Of a stretch of DNA of 28,975 bases, positions 25,277 through 28,975 are shown one piece after another. The translations under genes were made by a program, and so were the position numbers. The stretch is taken from the IMG/VR virus record IMGVR_UViG_3300025073_000880. One strand, given 5' to 3'. Below the pieces are notes generated by a model. That model did not search any database, was not told the origin of the DNA, and saw nothing but the letters and a program-made list of their open reading frames with translations. Every line of letters begins with the position of its first letter. Positions within the stretch are counted from its first letter, which is position 1. This DNA is from a virus. Taxonomy: Duplodnaviria; Heunggongvirae; Uroviricota; Caudoviricetes.

Positions 25277-26386
25277 TTAAACATTAACTTCGTCTAAAAT
25301 ATCCCAAGAGTCTTTCCCCCCATCTTGTTTTGACGACACAAGCTTCATAGTCGCAATTTTTTCTCCGAATGATCTTTTATATTCCGCACCATCAACCCTC
25401 CCAAGTTTTGGAGCAGCTCTATAAAGCATATAGTCAATAACGCAATAATGGTTATTATCAGGTAAATCAATAGTATCGTAATAAGATGTAAGCTCCGCAG
25501 CTTTTGTGTTATACCTTAACCTAAATGTTATTGACGATGTTATCGCAGGAGAAAACCCAATATACCCGCCACGTATATAATATTTAGTTCTATTCGCAGA
25601 AACGCTATTCCAATCGTCAATCTCTGAAAGCTTTATTGTTTCAAGCTCTAAATTACTAGTAGAGTTATAAACAGATAAGGCGTTACTAAAATTTGTGGGG
25701 ACAGCATATTCAGATGTCCCTGATACAGCAGAAATGTCATAATATGTTTCTGCGGTATAATTGTTTGTTACAAGGTTTAACTCATTCCTAGCGATAGCAT
25801 ATGCTTCATTCAACCAATAAAAAGCATCATCATCAGAAACAAGCTGTCTTTCTTTATTGTTAAGATGGCTATAAAAACTATCGAGTATTCTCTGAGCAGA
25901 ATTCAAAGCAAACCCTGCATACGGTATAGCATTAGAGTTAGCACTCGCATTGGTTGTTGTTGAATTATAAAAAACAAACCAGCCATATCCTGTACTATTA
26001 ACGCTATCATCAGCTTGTGTGTAAAAAGAGTCAGCCTGAATATCTGTATAACCAGTTACAGGGCTTGTGGCTGAAAATGTTGCCGTTGTTGTATGATAAA
26101 ACCTAACCTGGTTATAAGGCAAAATGGCAACCTTTGTACTTTCTGAATGTGAAAATTTAGTTGCAGCCACTAGAGTCAAGGTATGAGTTGAAGTGTTTAT
26201 GCTCTGAATTTGGACTATCTCTGAACTTTCCTGCCCAAATCCTCCAAGCAGAATATAGTCGTTAGCATCAAAGCCAACGCTGTTTGTTACAACAACACTT
26301 GAAACACCTGATAAATAATTTGTATTTAGGAATGAATATTTCGCACCTGTGAGCAAATCTCTATTGTCTGCTTTTAATGTAATCAT
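25277..26386 (-). CDS. Head-tail adaptor (P22 gp4/T7 gp11-like) with N-terminal beta-rich extension
   Basis: C-terminal half with WLNEAY...VSGTSEYAVPTNF...YIGFSP...LRY...DLPDNNHYCVIDYMLYRA pattern. Confidence 0.65.
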   Translation of the reverse strand: MITLKADNRDLLTGAKYSFLNTNYLSGVSSVVVTNSVGFDANDYILLGGFGQESSEIVQIQSINTSTHTLTLVAATKFSHSESTKVAILPYNQVRFYHTTTATFSATSPVTGYTDIQADSFYTQADDSVNSTGYGWFVFYNSTTTNASANSNAIPYAGFALNSAQRILDSFYSHLNNKERQLVSDDDAFYWLNEAYAIARNELNLVTNNYTAETYYDISAVSGTSEYAVPTNFSNALSVYNSTSNLELETIKLSEIDDWNSVSANRTKYYIRGGYIGFSPAITSSITFRLRYNTKAAELTSYYDTIDLPDNNHYCVIDYMLYRAAPKLGRVDGAEYKRSFGEKIATMKLVSSKQDGGKDSWDILDEVNV

Positions 26387-26390
26387 AGAC

Positions 26391-28067
26391 TTATTTTTCG
26401 CCTTTTATTCTTTTTGATTTAGATACACCTCTATAATTATTACTTGATATAGATAAATTAAATCTTTTACTATCCTTTAACCCATTAACAGTTTTAAAAC
26501 TTGACGTCGCTTTGATTGTTCTATTTTTAGCTATTATTTTATTATTATCACCACCAATTTTACCCTTTGTAGTTTTTGTCACGACTGTAAGAGTTTCTTT
26601 AAAATCTCTTCCTATCCCATCATATCTATGGTTAGACAAATTTCCGCGTTTTCTCAATATGCCTACATCTCCTTTTGGTGTCCAATCATCATAGTTAAAG
26701 CTTATTGTTGAAGTGCTAGAAGATGTGGAGCTTGAAGTGCTAGAAGATGTGGAGCTTGATGTGCTAGAGGATGTGGAGCTTGATGTGCTTGAACTTGTTG
26801 AGCTTGATGTTGATGAACTAGTAGAACTTGATGTACTTGAACTCGTTGAGCTTGTAGAACTTGAAGTACTAGAGCTTGTAGAACTTGAGGTGCTTGAAGT
26901 GCTAGAGCTAGTAGAGCTTGAGGTGCTAGAGCTGGTAGAGCTTGAGGTGCTAGAACTTGTAGAGCTTGAGGTGCTAGAGCTTGTAGAGCTTGAGGTGCTA
27001 GAGCTTGTAGAACTTGTAGAGCTTGAAGTGCTAGAGCTAGTAGAGCTTGAAGTGCTAGAACTGGTAGAGCTTGAGGTGCTAGAGCTGGTAGAGCTTGAGG
27101 TGCTAGAGCTGGTAGAGCTTGAAGTGCTAGAGCTTGTAGAACTTGAAGTGCTTGAACTGGTAGAGCTTGAGGTGCTAGAGCTAGTAGAGCTTGAAGTGCT
27201 AGAGCTGGTAGAGCTTGAGGTGCTAGAGCTTGTAGAGCTTGAAGTGCTTGAGCTTGTAGAGCTTGAAGTGCTTGAGCTTGTAGAGCTTGAGGTACTAGAG
27301 CTTGTAGAGCTTGAGGTACTAGAGCTTGTAGAGCTTGAAGTGCTAGAGCTTGTAGAGCTTGAAGTGCTTGAGCTTGTAGAGCTTGAGGTACTAGAGCTTG
27401 TAGAGCTTGAAGTGCTAGAGCTAGTAGAGCTTGAAGTGCTAGAGCTGGTAGAGCTTGAGGTGCTAGAGCTAGTAGAGCTTGAAGTGCTAGAGCTGGTAGA
27501 GCTTGAGGTGCTAGAGCTAGTAGAGCTTGAAGTGCTAGAGCTGGTAGAGCTTGAGGTGCTAGAGCTAGTAGAGCTTGAAGTGCTTGAGCTTGTAGAGCTT
27601 GAAGTGCTAGAGCTTGTAGAGCTTGAAGTGCTAGAGCTAGTAGAGCTTGAAGTCGAAGAACTGGTAGAGCTTGAAGTGCTAGAACTTGTAGAGCTTGAGG
27701 TACTAGAGCTTGTAGAGCTTGAAGTGCTAGAGCTTGTAGAGCTTGAAGTGCTAGAGCTTGTAGAGCTTGAAGTGCTTGAGCTTGTAGAGCTTGAAGTGCT
27801 AGAGCTTGTAGAGCTTGAAGTGCTAGAGCTAGTAGAGCTTGAAGTGCTAGAACTTGTAGAGCTTGAGGTCGAAGAACTGGTAGAGCTAGAAGTGCTTGAG
27901 CTTGTAGAGCTTGAGGTGCTTGAGGTGCTTGAGCTTGTAGAGCTTGAAGTGCTAGAGCTTGTAGAGCTTGAGGTCGAAGAACTGGTAGATGACGATGTGC
28001 TGGATGTCGTCGTTACTACAAGTCCACCGTATTCGACTTCAGCATATGCGTGATATCCGTATGGCAT
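26391..28067 (-). CDS. Ser/Thr-rich tandem repeat virion-region protein with basic C-terminal tail
   Basis: 18-aa leader, 436 consecutive S/T residues, about 104-aa Lys/Arg-rich C-terminus. Unit variants are silent in this frame. Confidence 0.8.
   Translation of the reverse strand: MPYGYHAYAEVEYGGLVVTTTSSTSSSTSSSTSSSTSSSTSSSTSSSTSSTSSSTSSSTSSSTSSSTSSSTSSSTSSSTSSSTSSSTSSSTSSSTSSSTSSSTSSSTSSSTSSSTSSSTSSSTSSSTSSSTSSSTSSSTSSSTSSSTSSSTSSSTSSSTSSSTSSSTSSSTSSSTSSSTSSSTSSSTSSSTSSSTSSSTSSSTSSSTSSSTSSSTSSSTSSSTSSSTSSSTSSSTSSSTSSSTSSSTSSSTSSSTSSSTSSSTSSSTSSSTSSSTSSSTSSSTSSSTSSSTSSSTSSSTSSSTSSSTSSSTSSSTSSSTSSSTSSSTSSSTSSSTSSSTSSSTSSSTSSSTSSTSSSTSSSTSSSTSSSTSSSTSSSTSSSTSSSTSSSTSSTSSSTSSSTSSSTSSTSSSTSSSTSSSTSSSTSSSTSSSTSSSTSSSTSSSTSSSTSSSTSTISFNYDDWTPKGDVGILRKRGNLSNHRYDGIGRDFKETLTVVTKTTKGKIGGDNNKIIAKNRTIKATSSFKTVNGLKDSKRFNLSISSNNYRGVSKSKRIKGEK
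26706..28013 (-). repeat. Coding tandem repeat, about 54 imperfect 24-nt units encoding (SSST)2
   Basis: Consensus + strand unit GTGCTAGAGCTTGTAGAGCTTGAA with third-position variation. Confidence 0.95.
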
Positions 28068-28135
28068 ACGTCATCTAAAATTATATCTTAAAAATAATTT
28101 TTAAATTTTAATTCAATACTTTGCTGACTATTCCG

Positions 28136-28231
28136 TCATCGCTTTGGAGATCCATATCTTTTCTTTTTAGTTTTTCTCTTTATTTTTGGTGTTGGTCTTG
28201 GCTGAATTTCAGCCTTTGGATTTTTATTCAT
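28136..28231 (-). CDS. 31-aa highly basic, proline-containing peptide absent from the ORF track (MNKNPKAEIQPRPTPKIKRKTKKKRYGSPKR)
   Basis: Starts 1 nt after the upstream stop (TAA-T-ATG), the same coupling seen at 21124 and 20952. Confidence 0.55.
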   Translation of the reverse strand: MNKNPKAEIQPRPTPKIKRKTKKKRYGSPKR

Positions 28232-28232
28232 A

Positions 28233-28973
28233 TTATGTCGAAGGATTTAAAACCTCTATTGATAAATTTGTGCATATCATTGAATTGTCCGCATGAGCCG
28301 TTCCCCACAACATTGTCAGATTAAGTGCTAGTGTTCCCGTAGTATCTATTATATCTGTTGTGCTGTGTGTATCTGCAAAAACATCTATTGTTGCCGCTCC
28401 CTTAACATAGCTAAACATTCCTTGTGTCATTGTTGTCCCTGTTGCTCCTGTTGACCTGCAAACAATATCAGCCTCAAATGTCCATGACTGAACACCTGTT
28501 GAAGCATCTCCGATTGAAACTGTGCCTGTGTCATAAACACTTGTTGCACCAAGCTTGAACTGTATCTGCATATTTGGTGAACTAGTTTCACTGTATACTC
28601 CACTTGCTTTTATTCTTACAATCTTTCCGACTGTGAAAAAGTTAGCAGGTAAAGTCAAAGTTCCTGTTCCTGAGGCAATCAAAGTAGTTTCATCTGTTGT
28701 ATTGGCTACTGTCGCACTCGCTGTCTGTGTAAATAAAACTCCTTCAAACCCTTGTTTAATACCCGAGAAGAATCCAACCAGTCCTTTTTTGGTTGAATCG
28801 TTCCAAGTATCACCTTCAACAGCAGTTGGTGCAGCTACCGCCTTGAATGTCTCAACCCCAACAATATGGTCTTGTGTTGAAAAGTCCAAAGCGGTTAAAT
28901 AGGTTGATATAACTCCGTTACCAGAAGCGTCTAAAATCATCTTCCAAATATCCCTATCAGTTCCACCAGTTAA
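28233..28973 (-). CDS. Virion structural/tail-fibre-like protein, 5'-partial
   Basis: Frame is open to the window edge (LTGGTDRDIWK precedes the ATG at 28940); Thr/Gly/Ala-rich beta-type sequence. Confidence 0.6.
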   Translation of the reverse strand, partial: LTGGTDRDIWKMILDASGNGVISTYLTALDFSTQDHIVGVETFKAVAAPTAVEGDTWNDSTKKGLVGFFSGIKQGFEGVLFTQTASATVANTTDETTLIASGTGTLTLPANFFTVGKIVRIKASGVYSETSSPNMQIQFKLGATSVYDTGTVSIGDASTGVQSWTFEADIVCRSTGATGTTMTQGMFSYVKGAATIDVFADTHSTTDIIDTTGTLALNLTMLWGTAHADNSMICTNLSIEVLNPST

Positions 28974-28975
28974 AT

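Larger units (their letters stand above)
1..28975. mobile_element. Tailed bacteriophage genome segment (podovirus-like), early block on + and late/virion block on -
   Basis: Adaptor-, nozzle-, LamG- and ejection-type genes in a contiguous - strand operon; SbcCD/RuvC-like/SSB-like block on +; dense gene packing; no host housekeeping operons. No integrase or att site in the window, so free phage versus prophage cannot be decided. Confidence 0.92.

Noticed and set aside
26713-28053. 446-aa + strand (VLELVELE)n ORF antisense to the S/T array
   Set aside because: Shadow frame: its third codon positions coincide with those of the S/T frame. Variants such as GTCGAAGAA (VEEL) and GAT (D) change this protein but are silent in the S/T frame. 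It also lacks an ATG start and opposes the operon direction.
28080-28116. Internal promoter upstream of the S/T gene (TATAAT at 28085-28080 on -)
   Set aside because: No -35 at 16-18 nt (TTGAAT is 25 nt away) and the region is extremely AT-rich.
843-28902. The many 60-170 aa ORFs antisense or out of frame within long genes (e.g. 2237-2611, 5929-6444, 12983-13489, 22069-22512)
   Set aside because: Fully nested opposite motif-supported genes, with the F/S/L/I-rich composition typical of reverse-complemented Lys/Glu-rich codons.
766-28973. Stop-codon reassignment
   Set aside because: TGA ends many genes with tight ATGA or near overlaps, and long ORFs are intact in code 11. The only TAG stop (23222) is followed by TAA, so TAG recoding is neither supported nor testable here.

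Overview
AT-rich segment of a tailed dsDNA bacteriophage with podovirus-like morphogenesis, read in genetic code 11 (TGA is used as a stop). The left arm (766-8782, + strand) is an early/replication-recombination block: GT2 glycosyltransferase, MerR-like HTH, SSB-like protein, SbcD/Mre11, RuvC-like resolvase, SbcC/Rad50, peptide deformylase, a UvsY-like helical protein and a Zn-finger protein. The right arm (8893-28975, - strand) is a convergent late block. In transcription order it holds a tail/fibre-like gene (partial), a short basic ORF, a protein with a 436-residue Ser/Thr array, head-tail adaptor, nozzle, LamG tail protein, a short ORF, and four probable internal/ejection proteins including an M23 peptidase and a 2158-aa giant. 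The top candidate for an undescribed system is a remodelled DNA polymerase III beta-clamp (DnaN) domain embedded in the 2158-aa putative ejection protein, i.e. a clamp or clamp mimic that may be delivered with the DNA. The second is a promoter-driven, three-way-junction structured RNA at 96-243 (- strand). A-rich, SD-less T-ATG starts, DnaA boxes beside promoters and a DUF5659-like gene suggest, by inference only, a Patescibacteria/CPR-type host. All calls come from manual motif reading; no searches were run.
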